From the NCBI RefSeq assembly GCF_963921235.1, contig NC_086097.1, forward strand, positions 45,262,001-45,326,000: a stretch of 64,000 nucleotides of DNA, given 5' to 3'. This document shows, piece by piece, positions 24,261 through 37,784 of this stretch. The translations under genes were made by a program, and so were the position numbers. The stretch comes from Mobula hypostoma. Lineage: Eukaryota. Below the pieces are notes generated by a model, which saw only the letters and a list, made by a program, of their open reading frames with translations, had not been told where the DNA came from and did no database searches. Positions within the stretch are counted from its first letter, which is position 1. Each line of letters opens with the position of its first letter.

Positions 24261-26143
24261 GCTAACTTTATTGGAAGTGAAAAGGATGATAGAATTGTAT
24301 GATATTTGATATCTCATTGCCCCATTTCACCAGGGATTTACGGGATACTCTCTTCATCAATCCATTGTAAGCCTCCACAAATTTCCCAGGTCCTGAGTTT
24401 TAATCTCGGTTGTTAGAAGCAACATGGAGCGGAGCAGAGACCATGGGCTTCCCCACAGAGCGGGAAACACAGATGTTGCTGCCACACAGTGCAGCCACCT
24501 GTCTGCTCACAGCTGCAGGTTAGTCATGTGAAAGAAATTAATGCACAAACCTCTGAAAAATTAATGAGTGGCCAGGATTAGAAAAGGAGAGGAATCAGCC
24601 AGGTGCCATTGCCCAGTGACAGCAGCTAAAAGTTAACGATGAACATTGCATGAGGCCAAAGTTAGTCCCAGGTGTGTTTATCACCCTGCATTTACCATCT
24701 ATGCTCAAATATAAACAATGCTTGTTTAGGCATGTTTCCATTCCCATGCAGCCACACCCATCTTTGAACCATTGCCTTCAGGAGGATAAACGATGTAAAA
24801 TTATTCATGTTAATAAAGAGGTGTGGATGCCATTATATAATAGAGGTGAATAATGATGAGGTGACTCCCTGTGAATATTGAAGATCGAATCTCTGAAAAT
24901 AATACAGGGAAAATACCTGTGAATATTCATGAATGTATTTCTGGAAACCGGAGAATCCCTGTTGATAATGATACTTCCATTTATAAACTCAGTTAGCAAA
25001 ACTGAACTTTGCTGCTTTCTGCACGTGCAGATTTTTTTTTAAGAACTGTAAGATTACTGCCTTTGAGACCCCCTCTAAAGTAGTTAAATCGTTATCAACT
25101 GAAATCTCTCAGGGGAAGCTTCAGAGTCACTTCAAATAGCATGCTTAATCATGCAGGTTGAAATACTGAGCTCCGGGTTGAACTAGCCATACCAATTGTT
25201 AGGCATTTGGGTCATCAATTAATATGGCCTCCTCTGTCTTCACTTAGTGCTGGTGAAATATTCATTGTGACTCATTAGCCTATGGAAAGTGTATTATCTA
25301 AACACAATCTTAATGTGGGCGTCAGAGGAGCCTCTCTCTCAGAGACAAAAGAGGATTTGTATTCCAACAGCAATAACAGAAACTATTTTGCTTTAAAAAG
25401 TCTGGACCAGTTTAATGTTAGGAGCCAAGCTAAGTAAATCAATATTCACAGCATTAGTCAGCCACATTTCAGAGCAGTGTGGAGAACTTATTTGCATCCT
25501 TTCTGAAAAAAATGTATGATGTTTATTTGTGTGTATTAGGTAAATAGATCAGTTCATGCTTTGCAGATGTTACGAACTTGATCTTGTAGATAGCGACCTG
25601 ATTTCAGTGTGGTTTCATTGAATACACAGTGCAGAAAGTGACCACTTGTTTCAACCGTGCTGTTACAGTATTCCTTCCTCATTTCGTTATTTAAGATTCC
25701 TGTCCTTCTGTTGACGTAGCTTCTTTCGGACCCCTTATTTGAGGAAACGCCAACATAGTAATGCATGTCAACAACAACTTGCATTTAATTGATGGGTTAT
25801 TAATACAGAATGACGTTCAGGGTATTTCTGTGAGAAGCTATCATATGAATGAGATCCTGTGCGGAGTAATTTCAAGAAAACTGATGAAGAAGTGTGTTTG
25901 CAGGTGGATGTTGTGGTGAAGTTGGCAGTGAAGAGGCGGTAGGTTGGGGTAGGGAATTTCTGAGATGTAAGCAGGTCCACCACTGGTGGTCATGGGTGAG
26001 AAGCCAGAATCAAAGGAGCTGTCAGTTTATCACGCTGCGTCGGATTTAAAGGGTAAAGCTGAACACGGTGAAAAACGGCTTAAAATGAAAGAACAGAAAT
26101 GTTAATTTAAAGCAAAGGTAATCACGAAGCAATGTATGCCATG

Positions 26144-27101
26144 AACACAAGTGATTCTGCAGATTCTAGAAATCCAGAGTAACACACACTAAGTGCTGGA
26201 AGAACTCAGCAAGGCCTACCATGATATACATCTGTATCTATTCCCCCCCCCCACCGACTCTCTGCTTTCCACAGGGATCAGTCTCCACGATTCCCTTGTC
26301 CATTCATCCCTCCACAATAATCTCCTTCCTGGCATTTATCCCTGCAAGTGGAAGAAGTGCTACACCTGCCAATTCACCTCCTCCCTCACCTCCAGTCAGG
26401 GCCACAAACAGTCCTTCCAGGTGAGGCAATACTTCACCTGCGAATCCGCTGGGGTCGGGCACTGTATCCAGTGCTCCCGATCTGGCCATCGGTGAGACCT
26501 GACACAGACTGGGAGATCGCTTTGATCAGCACCTTCACTCCATCGGCAACAAGCAGGATTTGTGGCCAACCCAGTTTAATTCCACTCCCCATACCCATTC
26601 TGGCATGCCAGTCCATGGCCACCTCCACTGCCACTTTTAGAGCACAGGAGAAACACCCCCTATTCCCTTTGAGTAGCCTCCAATTTTATCGATGTCTCTA
26701 GTTTTGGTAATTTTTCCCTCTCCCCTTTTGCCTTTCTCCATTCCTCACTCTGGCTCCCCTCTTACACCGTCTCTTCTCCTCACCTGCCTACCACCTCTCC
26801 CTGCCGCTCCTCCTCCTTTATTTCTCCTGTGGTCCTCTCTCCTCTCCTATCCGATTCCTCCTTCTTCAGCCCTTTAGTTTTTCCACCTATAGTATTACCT
26901 CCCAATTTCTCACCTCATCCCTCCTCACCCACCCACCTTCTACCTTGTACTCCTTCCCCTTCCCCAACCTTCTTATTCCGGCTTCTTCCCCTTTCCTTTT
27001 CAGTCCTGAAGAAGGGTCTTGGCCTGAAACGTCAACTGTTTATTCCTCTCCATAGATGCTGCCTGACCTGCAGAGTTTCTTAGCATTTTCTGTGTCTTAC
27101 T
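26144..27101 (+). mobile_element. Penelope-like element with an inverted terminal segment at its 5' junction
   Basis: PGIYPCKWKKCYTCQFTSS...FQVRQYFTCESAGVGHCIQCSR on the plus strand; terminus at ~27000-27101. 26144-26214 is a PLE terminus in the opposite orientation. Confidence 0.82.
27001..27038 (+). ncRNA. Minimal hammerhead ribozyme motif (PLE-borne)
   Basis: cagtc CTGAAGA agg-gtcttgg-cct GAAA c GTC aactg. Core and GUC intact; first stem I pair lost (g to a). Confidence 0.62.
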
Positions 27102-28049
27102 GAGCCATGTAGGTCAGCAGGGACAGGAGCAGTGGAGAAGAATGACAACTAAGTGTGAGATCGAGGCTCTGTAAAATTCGTAGGGTATTAAGAATGGTGG
27201 CAGTGATAAGAAGAAGGAAGTATCTACCTAAGTCGTGTTGAAGTAGCTATGGATGAGGATTTTAATATGTGATGAATGTAATAAGCATTCTTATGGGAAA
27301 TGCATGGCACAGCACATTACCCACATCGCCTGTTCAGAGACAAGAGTATTTGTGCGACACGATGCAACTATTTCATGCTTTCACCGCAAAGGACAAACAG
27401 AGGACAAACTGAATAGTCTATAAAATCATGAGTGGGATTAACCCTTCACCCATTCTATGTGCTTTAGGTCTACGGCAACCTTTTGTGCCCAATCATCATA
27501 ATGATTTCAGCATGCAGCCATTGATGCCCCTATGGTTCATCGGCGGGCTGCCATTTTTGATCGTTTCTATCACTATTAGAATTAGCTTGCACTGTTTAAG
27601 TCTGTCCTGCGCCTCTTAAAAGGAGAGCTGCACTGTGACTGCACGAGGTTCTAATATCATAGTAGGACGCTGTTCACCAATCATCAATAGTTACCCTTTG
27701 GAATGAGTGTCCAGGCAATACTGGAGGCTCAGTGGAAGAGATGGGAAAGAGGGATGACATAGATTTGATGGAAACCAAGAGGACATCCAAACATAGGACA
27801 TGAAAGCTGTGAGGAGGAAGATTAGACATGGGCATTTTATACAATGCTTTAAAAGACTTACTGGCCTCACACTAGTGATCAAGATTAGTGAACACAACTG
27901 AAAATACCATATTTTACCTGTTTTAGATACTTTTCAATTCACCACAACATTCAATCACCTAACAACATTCTCCCTCCAGTAGTGCTCAATTGCCTAACAT
28001 TAATATTCTTCATTTCACCCTCACAAATGCAGCACTATAACATGTTTCC

Positions 28050-29531
28050 AGGCTGTATCCCAGAGTCCTGAGAGAGGTTGCTGAAGAGATAATGGTTGCA
28101 TTGGTTGTGATCTTTCAAGAATCACTTGATTTGGGCATAGTCCCAGAGGACTATAAAATTGCAAATGTCACTCCACTCTTTAAGAAGGGAACTTATAGGC
28201 CAGTTAGCCTAACCTCAGTAGTTGGGAAAGTGTTGGAGTCTATTGTTAAGGATGAGGTTTCAGGGGACTTGGAGACTAATGATAAAATAAGTCAAAGTCA
28301 GCATGGTTTCTTTGAAGGGAAATCTTGCCTGATAATCTGTTAGAGTTCTTCGAGGAAGTAACAAGCAGGATGGACAAGGGAGAGGCAGTGGATGTTACTT
28401 ATTTGGATTTCAGAAGGCATTTGATAAAGTGCCACACATGAGGCTGCTTAACAAGATAAAACTGAAGGAGTTACAGGAAAGATACTGGCATGGATAGAGG
28501 AATGGCTGACAGGCAGGAGGCAGCGAGTGGGAATAAAGGGGGGCTTTCCTGGTTGGTTGCCAGTGACTAGTGGTGTTCTTCAGGGGTCAGTATTGGGACC
28601 GCTGCTTTTCACATCGTTTGTCAATGATTTGGATAATGGAATTGATGGCTTTGTGGCAAAGTTTGCAAATGATACAAAGAGAGGTGGGGGGCAGGTAGTG
28701 CTGAGGAAGCAATGTGATTGCAGCAGGACTTAGACAAATTGGAAGAATGGGCAAGAAAGTGGCAGATGGAATGCAGTGTTGGGAAATATATGATAATGCA
28801 TTTTAGTAAAAGGAACAATAGTGTGGACTATCATCTAAATGGGGAAAAGGTTCAAACATCAGAGATGCTAAGGGACTAAGGAGTCCCGTGCAAGACTCTC
28901 AGAAGGTTAATTTACAGGTTGAGTCTGTGGTAAAGAAAGCAAATGCACTGTTGGTATTTATTTCAAGGGGAATAGAATATAAGAACAAGAAAATAATGCT
29001 GAGCCTTTATAAGACATAGTCAGGCCACACTTGGAGTATTGTCAACAGTTTTAGACCCCATATCTCAGAAAAGATGTGTTGTCATTGGAGAGAGTCCAGA
29101 GGAGGTTCACGAGGATGATTCCAGGAATGAAAGGGTTAACATATGAGGAGTGTTTGGAAGCTTTGGGCCTGTGCTCATTGGAATTTAGAAGAATGTGTGG
29201 GGATCTCATTGAAACCTACTGAATGTTGAAAGGACTAGATAGGGCACAGCCTCAAAATCGAGGGGCAACCTTTTAGAACAGTGGTAAGGAGGAATCTTTC
29301 TTTAACCAGAAAGCAGTGAATCTGTGGAATGCTCTGCTACAGACTGCGGCAGAGGCCAAGTCTGTGGTATTTATAAGGTGGAAGTTGATCATTCCCTGAT
29401 CGGTCAGGGCATCAGAGGATATGGCAAGAAGGCAGGTGTATGGGTTTGAGTGGGATTTGGGATCGGCCATGATAGAATGGCAGAGCAGACTTGATGGGCT
29501 GAATGGCCTATGTCTTATGCTCTATGGTCTA
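28050..29531 (+). mobile_element. CR1 LINE, RT through 3' tail, degraded
   Basis: VPEDYKIANVTPLFKKG, YRPVSLTSVVGKVLES, SGVLQGSVLGPLLF, KFANDTK; tail cctatgtcttatgctctatggtct. Confidence 0.92.
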
Positions 29532-30405
29532 AACACAATAGTATCAATGAAAAACTGCACACAAGATAGCCAAACAACCAATCTGCAAAAGACAACAAAT
29601 TGTGCAAATGCAAACAAAAAATAAAGTAAAATAACAGCAATAATAAATAAATAATAAATATTGAGAGCATAATTGAGACACATAGAACCCTTGAAAGTGA
29701 GTACATGGATTGTAGAATCAGTTCAGTGTTGGAGTGAGTGAAGTTATTCACTCGAGTTCAGGAGTCTAATGGGTGAAGTGTAATATCTGTTCCTGAACCT
29801 ACTGGTGTGGGACCTAAGGCTACTGTGTCTGCTTCCTGATATGAGCAGCGAGAAGGGAGCATGGCCTGGATGATGGATGCTGCTTTCCTCCGACAGCACT
29901 CCTTGTAAATGTGCTCAGTGATGGGGAAGGCTTTACCTGTGATGGACTGGGCTGTATCCACTAATTTTTGAAGGTTTTTCCATTCAAGGTGTTGGTGTTT
30001 CCATACCAGGCTGTGATGAAACCAGTTAGTATACACTCTACTGTGCATCTATCGAAGTTTGTTAGAATTTTAGATGACATGCCAAGCCTCCATAAACTTC
30101 TCAGAAAGTTAAGGTGCTGCCTTGCTTCCTTGTAACAGGACATGTGCTGGACCCAGCATAGATCCTCTGAAATGATAACGCAGCGGAATTTAAAGTTACT
30201 AAGCCTCTCCACCTCTGATGAGGATTGGCTCATGGACCTCTAGTTACCACCTCCTGTAGTCAATAATCAGCTCTCTGGTCTTGCTGACATTGAGTGAGAG
30301 GTTGTTGTTGTGGCACCTCTCAATCAGATTTTCAGTCTCTCTCCTATATGCTTTGATTTGGCCTGGAACAGTGGTGTCATCAGCAAACTTGAATACAGCA
30401 TTGCA
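29532..30405 (-). mobile_element. Rex1/Babar LINE 3' part
   Basis: EVERLSNFKFRCVIISEDLCW...RCTVECILTGFITAWYGN and LQKLVDTAQSITG on the minus strand. Confidence 0.85.
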
Positions 30406-31235
30406 TCAATGTGTATCTTTCTCTCAGTGGTCTCCCTTCCTTTCAGCATGGTGACTGAAGAATGAAGGCACTGTGACCATTGTTACAACTGTGGGCATGG
30501 ACCTGCTGCAGGACCAACCAAAGCAATTGATAGAGGCACATGGGAGAACTGATAGAATTACGTACGTGGAGTCAAGGCACCTTGCATCGCAGGGAAACCT
30601 TTTATTCCAATTCAATAATGCAGCCAGTAGGCTTTTCTCAGAAGTGTGCATTTGTGCCTTCTATGCCATTTCGGAATCCTAATCTTTCATGGTATCCAAC
30701 AAGCACACACCATCAATCCCAAACTGGATCCATAAGCTCCCAACGTACAGGGGAGAGAATGAGAGGTGAGTTAGGATGAATAATATTTGTGACTTAGATT
30801 GGGAAATAAGTCAGTCAAAACTGGACGGAGGGAAAGGGTAAGTATATCTTGGTAAGAAACTTACTGAAGAGGTTGGATGACAAATATTGAATGAGGAGTT
30901 TAATGCAGTACGATGAATGTTTGGAGAAAACTAATCAAAATTTCTAAACTACCTGCTACAGGAAATATAGAACACAGAGATAGAATGATTAGGTATTAGA
31001 ATTTGGCTTTGAAGCCTTCTAACAACCTTCTGAAATTCTCCGTCAAAAATCATCCATGACGAACTGGTGCTCATGAGAAAAGTTCAACAGCTAGCAAAGA
31101 GCTAACAAATGGAAAGACAAATATATATATATTAAAAATCTATAATATTCACTGCATTAGCAGAGTTAATTAATGGTTACATGATTCTGTTTAGCTCATA
31201 AGCATTGTTACCACTGTTTTATTACTGAATGAGTA

Positions 31236-31565
31236 GGGTGGTGCTGTGACACCAAGGGTAATGGCACTGGCTGACAGCTCAAGCACCATGGGATCAGTTC
31301 TGATCTCCAGTGCTATCTATGTGGAGTTTGCATGTCCTTCCTTGGTTGTGTCAGTTTTCTTCTGGTGTTCTGTATTCATCCTGTATCTCAAATATATGAT
31401 AGTTGGTGAATTAATTGCCTTCTGTAAATTAGCCTGAGTGTGGTGTGATGATCAGGGAGGTGTTAATGGGTGAAAGAACAGGTTACAGGGAACTACAAGG
31501 AGAACGGGATTGTTCTGAGAGCCAAGAAAGAAGCAATAGACTAAACAGCATCCTCCTACATCGTA
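31236..31565 (+). mobile_element. Old tRNA-derived V-SINE (HE1-like)
   Basis: Degenerate tRNA-like head, then V-domain-like tgtggagtttgcatgtc...ttcttctggtgttctgt...ctcaaa and ttaattgcc...tgtaaatt. Confidence 0.6.
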
Positions 31566-31929
31566 AGGAAATATGAAAAAGGGAGAAATAATAATAACTT
31601 TAGGGAAGGAATGGATGATGTATCAAAAACATTTGTCCTCCTTAGTTGTCACCTACTTTTGTTTTCAGTTTTTCCTATATATCTTAAATGTAGGAAAATA
31701 TATTTTGTCTTGTCTTTGATAGCCACCACTGATGGCATCACGCAGACTAAAAGGATTTATTTTGAGCTCAACAAACACAGTGGAATTGTACATCTTATCC
31801 CTGCAGTGATAGTTAAAGATGTCCAAGAAATACTACTTATGAGATGTCAGTGTGCATTTCAGTGAATGGTTGGCAATACCACATAATTGATGAATTAGAG
31901 TCAAAAGTATCCGTCACTGAACAGAAAAT

Positions 31930-32060
31930 CTGAATACTAGGAACGTTTGAAATCTGAAGTGAGAGCAAACTGCTGGATGTATTCAATGGATTAGGCAGTG
32001 TCTGTATAGAGGGAGACACAGTATTTCAGGGTAATAACTTTTTAACCTGAAATACTGTGA
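31930..32060 (-). mobile_element. Old PLE terminal relic
   Basis: ctgctggatgtattcaatggattaggcagtgtctgt resembles the PLE terminus tgctggaggaact...gcagcatc at 18331-18360; hammerhead no longer recognisable. Confidence 0.45.
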
Positions 32061-32694
32061 AACCATCACAAGCTTTGAAGATAAAAGAATGAGCAGGCAA
32101 AAGGGAAAGATCAAAGGGTGGAATTCAGAAAACATGAAATAGCATAAGAGATTTTGGCACAAGGCAAAAGGGAGTGATGAAGGACGGGTAAAGTGACAAA
32201 ACGATGGTTCCAGAGGAATTGTAAACAGGAATATCAAAATCAATGCCATCGGCTCAAAGTGGAACCAGAGACACTTGTTCTTATGTCTTTAAGTCTGGGG
32301 TATCTGCACATTCATAGACAAATGTAGAAGGCCCTAACTTGCTTGACAGTAGTTGGCAACTTATTTATCAATATGTTTGTTCAGAGGGATTCCAGTGATG
32401 GAGCTCCAAGTTGCCGCGTTTCCTCAGCTGGCTGATTGGTTCGGATCTTTTGCAGGCTCTGTCACCCCATTGATTTCATTGCAACTACAGGGTCCAGAGG
32501 AGGTTTCAGAACAAAGACCTGTACAAAAAACACTCATACTGATTTGTTTAAAAAACAGAAAGTGATTTTTATAAATCCAATGACTAAGATCTATTTTAAT
32601 TTCTTTTAAATTATTTTATTACTTTACTTTAAAAAATATATTTTAATTATATAAAATAAATTCCTTATTTAATTGTTAGTAGCTTCTTCATTTT

Positions 32695-33130
32695 TAGAGA
32701 TGAGCATCACTTGCAAGGCCAAACTTTATTGCCTTCCTTGAAAACATAGAAGGTGGTGGTGAAGAGCTGCCTTTTGAGCGATTGCAATCCTGCTGGTAAA
32801 GCTGCTCCCACACTGCCACAGGGCAGGAAATTCCCAAGTCAAGTCATGAGTGTGGCTTGGAGATGAATCTGTAGTTATCTGTGTTCCTGGGCACCTGCTT
32901 TCTCTGTCCTACTTGATGCAATGTTTCCCGGGATTGGGATATGCCAACAGAGTTGTCTGGCTGAGTAATGTCAGCGAATTTTGTAGAGGGATCGCATACT
33001 GCATCGTGTTGGTGGAAGCGATGGATGTTTAGGGTGGTGCATTTGTTTGCTAATCAAGTAGGCTGCTTTATCCTGGATTGTGCTGAGCTTCTTGACCGTT
33101 GTTGGGCAAGTGGTGAGTATTCCATCACAT
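32695..33130 (-). mobile_element. Ancient LINE (CR1/L2-type) 3' relic
   Basis: Blocks gcatcacttgcaaggcc...tttattgcc...gaaggtggtggtg and gctgctttatcctgg...gagcttcttg...gagtattccatcaca resemble a common elasmobranch LINE end (recalled, not searched). Confidence 0.45.
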
Positions 33131-34122
33131 TAGCTAACTAACATGTAGAGCAGATAAGTTCCTTTCGATATTCAGATGATATTCACTTAAAAGCCCAGCC
33201 AGAATTCTCAGAAAATACAGCCTGGATTATGGTTTTGGAAGATGTCAAAGGGGTTTCAGAGGATCTTTGAGTGGGGTGGTGGGGGGTGGGGTGGGGAGTG
33301 GTGTTGCTTCATTGTACCACCTGTGTCTCTTTACTGATCATGCATTATCCCAGCTCTACACAGTTAAGTCCAGGCATTCTCTAAACATGGATAATACAGG
33401 TGGTAGCTTATGTTGACCACATTTGTTCTGCTTTCTGAAATTTTGATCTTTATTATTTGATTCAGATCGTTCACATAAGCACATGATGGTTTGCCAGACT
33501 CAATGGGCTGCCTAAACTGCATTTTTAAATAAATTTCTATTTATATTCAGCTCTTCAAAATTCATCTTCTCTGGTGAGAAATTATGTGCATAAAACATGA
33601 TGTTTATTGTGAACACAGCTGAACCACCAAAACTGGTTCTTCCTGTATCCTACTGTCACAATTTAAGTTACTGTGGAAATCGCAGCAAGCATTTTTTTTG
33701 CATTTGCTATTTACTTTCAGCTACCCACACTCTTTATATTAAAGGAAACTTTTTTTGTCTTCCAAAAGCCATATAATTTGGCAACCAGCTCTGAATTACT
33801 GATTAAATGATTTATAAAGCTTTGCCTTTGTGGGTGTTCATGGTGTTGAGGGTAATTAGTTTCTGCCAAATCCAAAACAGAAAAGGATGGTATCAATCAT
33901 TGCTTGGGTTTGGAGGCTTGGCTTTGTGATGAAAATGTTGCAGAATTTTTAGCAAACAATGACTCCCTATCACTGATAGAATGAGGAATGTAGAATTCCT
34001 GTGTCTGGAAACAAATGGGTTTGTTGTAAATTCAGGTGCAAGATGGTTTTGCAAAAAAAAAGAACAATTATTGTGTAAATTTATTGCAACTGGTTTTGCC
34101 AAGTTCTGAAGTCTAGCAAGGG

Positions 34123-34136
34123 CTGCCCCCTAGTGT
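34123..34136 (-). promoter_or_regulatory. Candidate CTCF site ACACTAGGGGGCAG
   Basis: 13/14 match to the core CCASYAGRKGGCRS, in non-repeat sequence. Confidence 0.5.
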
Positions 34137-35276
34137 TAATTAGGGTCAGTTAATTGCATTCTAATTGAGAATTTTATCGGTTTGACTCCTTCTCTGCAAT
34201 CTCTTGTCTGTTATATCATGCAATTGAAATAGAGGATTTTTTTTTTACAGGTGCGACATTTTGGATAAGACATTTGATCTTGTGTGTTATTCATAGAAAA
34301 ATAGATAGTTCTCTGCATGTCTTGGCCAACATTTCTCCCTGAACAGACATTGCCAAGAACACCCTGTATGCTTAATTATTAATTTGCTATTTGTTGGTCC
34401 ATGGAGTGAGCACTTTGCTGCATTCACTCACATTATTTTTGAAGTTCATTCACTGTAGTAATTCACCCAGAAGTTGAAAAACATCATGTGGCCATAATCA
34501 GGTGCTATATTACTGCAGGTGCCTTTCAGGTAGAACTTGTGTCTCCTACAGAAGACCAATATCTATAATATTGTAATGCTGTCCCACTGTTGAAAAAGAA
34601 CATCAGCATAATTCAGCCTGCTGATTCATCTCCCATTGCATACGCCTGCCAAAGTGAAACTTCACCCGTGTCCAGTTTACACTTTGCAAATGTTCTGGGT
34701 AAGATTTTCCAAACAGAATGTAATCCAACGCTAAACTGGTGGGATGAAACCAGTGCCAAAGTCGATTGCTCACTAGTTCAATTGAAAGCTTGTTTCTTGT
34801 CACATCTTGAAAAATGGTGAAATCAATGGAAATTAACTGGAACGTAAAACTCTGCTTCATTCTCCACACATATAGCCAGGCCTGCTAGGACTTTCCAATA
34901 TCCCCACAGCACAGTACTTAGGTTTTGTAATCCATATTAAGAAAAGGGACCTAATCTATATTGTCCAAAAAAAATTGCATTTCTGTCCATGATGGGCTAT
35001 CAGACAATAAACGTCAGTATCGCCTCTGATAATCAAGAAAGGGTATGACTGTAGCACCAGGGTAACTATTGACCACTTCTGTCAACCCCACTTTGCTTTT
35101 GGAGACAGGAAATAGTATTTCATAAACATTGAAGTGTGTGCAATAATTGAAGCTGAGTGTTGGAACTGGCAAAGGGTGGTAATCATATATTCATCAAAGC
35201 CAAGTACCATTGTTTCAAGGCGTTATATCAGTTCTGTCTGTTAAAAGACTAAAACAGTTTTTCAATTTCATTCTAA

Positions 35277-36307
35277 TTTCAGAATGGCAGGCAGTGACTA
35301 GTGGGGTACCGCAAGGCTCAGTGCTGGGACCCCAGTTGTTTACGATATATATTAATGACTTAGATGAGGGAATTGAATGCAGCATCTCCAAGTTTGCGGA
35401 TGACACGAAGCTGGGCGCCAGTGTTAGCTGTGAGGAGGATGCTAAGAGGATGCAGGGTGACTTGGATAGGTTAGGTGAGTGGGCAAATTCATGGCAGATG
35501 CAATTTAATGTGGATAAATGTGAAGTTATCCACTTTGGTGGCAAAAACAGGATAACAGATTATTATCTGAATGGTGGCCGATTAGGAAAAGGGGAGGTGC
35601 AACGAGACCTGGGTGTCATTATACACCAGTCATTGAAAGTGGGCATGCAGGTACAGCAGGCGGTGAAAAAGGCGAATGGTATGCTGGCATTCATAGCAAG
35701 AGGATTCGAGTACAGGAGCAGGGAGGTACTACTGCAGTTGTACAAGGCCTTGGTGAGACCACACCTGGAGTATTGTGTGCAGTTTTGGTCCCCTAATCTG
35801 AGGAAAGACATCCTGGCCATAGAGGGAGTAGAAAGAAGGTTCACCAGATTGATTCCTGGGATGGCAGGACTTTCATATGATGAAAGACTGGATGAACTAG
35901 GCTTATACTTGTTGGAATTTAGAAGATTGAGGGGGGATCTGATTGAAACGTATAAAATCCTAAAGGGATTGGATAGGCTAGATGCAGGAAGATTGTTCCC
36001 GATGTTGGGGAAGTCCAGAACAAGGGGTCACAGTTTGAGGATAAAGGGGAAGCCATTTAGGAAAAACTTCTTCACACAGAGAGTGGTGAATCTGTGGAAT
36101 TCTCTGCCACAGGAAACAGTTGAGGCCAGTTCATTGGCTATATTTAAGAGGGAATTAGATATGGCCCTTGTGGCTAAAGGGATCGGGGGTATGGAGGGAA
36201 GGCTGGTACAGGGTTCTGAGTTGGATGATCAGCCATGATCATACTGAATGGCGGTGCAGGCTTGAAGGGCCGAATGGCCTACTCCTGCACCTATTTTCTA
36301 TGTTTCT
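35277..36307 (+). mobile_element. Young CR1 LINE, 5'-truncated within RT
   Basis: Open frame SGVPQGSVLGPQLF...KFADDTK...FFTQRVVNLWNSLP (ORF 35210-36238; its first ~23 aa are flanking DNA). TTCTATGT tail; near-identical to 53132-54190. Confidence 0.95.
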
Positions 36308-36999
36308 AAAACATCCCAACATTAACCTTAAAAAAATTCCTGTGTAGTTATCAGAAAAGACGGGTCTCTGCTTTGAAATTAGTAGGGAGGACCTGAATTT
36401 AGCAGTTAAAAAGGAAATGGAGGTCAGGGTCAATTATTGTGACTTTAAACACACAAGCGTATAAAAGCAAATACGAATAAGTGAAAACAAGTTAAATGTT
36501 CTGATACTATCTATGTGGTTAGTGCAGTTCAGAAAGGTTTTGAGGAATTAGCATCAGGCTTCAACATGTGATTTTATGATCAGATACATGTTCTAAAAGC
36601 TCTGGTTCATGTTAGATGTTATTCTTTCTGTTATTCATTTATCTTCATGCTATAGAAGAACTATGCCTAAAGAAGTTTTACTCAAATCACTCTTTTCAAG
36701 GAACAGATGTTTAAGTGCGCAAATATTTTTTTTCATTCTCCCTCAATTAATTTGTTGACATAGACAACTGATAATGGCAGAATCAACAAAACAGGGAATG
36801 GAAAGTTGAAGCTTGACAATGTTCAAACATTCTTGTCAGGTGATAATTTCACTTCAAATGTTGAAAACTCTCTATTTTGTAGTGTACGAATATGGTGCTT
36901 TGGTAGTATTGAATGATAGCTATTGGCCAAGGAGACAACTTTATATGGAGTTCAGTAATAGAATATCCTATCAGCCAATACAGTACATTTTTTGAAGAA

Positions 37000-37490
37000 T
37001 AAGTGTCTTGCAATTGACAAAAATTGGACAAGCATCATTTGGAGTATTGCATCCAGTTCCAGTTGCCACTCTACAAGAGTGATGTTGACTGGAATGGAGA
37101 GATTTATTTAAAAAGGGAGATTGGATAGGTTGAGTATATTCGCACCACCTTGTAGGACTCCAAAGATTGACCTTATAGAGATTTATAAAATTATGAGTGG
37201 CATAGACAGTGTCTTTTTCCTTGGATGAGGCAAGTCTAAAACTAGATGGTATTGATTTAAGGTGACGGGAGAAATCTAAAGAAGGTCTGAGGGGCATATG
37301 GAGGATGGTAGTTATAGGGAACGAGCTGCCAGAAGAATGGTTTGAGGCAGATACAATTACAATGTTTAAAAGGTATTTGGACAGATATTTTGAAAGAAAA
37401 TGAGTAGAGGGAAATGGGCCTAATGCAGGCAAATAGGATTAGCATCAATAAGATGAGTTGAGCCAAAGGACCCCATTTCTGTGCTGTACA
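37000..37490 (+). mobile_element. Old CR1 LINE 3' relic
   Basis: catttggagtattgcatccagttc (HLEYCIQF), gaccttatagagatttataaa, aacgagctgccagaag. Confidence 0.7.
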
Positions 37491-37784
37491 ACTTTCACTC
37501 AACACGTAACGCTTGCTTAGACTAGTTGCCATATTAATGAAAAACAATCAATGAATCCTCAGACAGAAAGGATATTCCGGGCAAACAGATCTCCATACTT
37601 TTCGTATGCGAGACTGCAAGATGTACGAAATAATAACAAGTTAAACAAGCAATATGGATTTGGAAGGAGAGGCATTAGACCATTTGGGACTTTGAGTTGT
37701 TGAGAGGGCGATGGACAGTAATGTAGCCTGATCTCTAAAAAGAGAGTAACATGCTATAAATTGTTAAAGTTCAAAGTAAATTTT

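Noticed and set aside
22499..25031. Perfect 14-bp palindromes at 22499-22512 and 25018-25031
   Set aside because: About four are expected by chance in 64 kb (64000/4^7).
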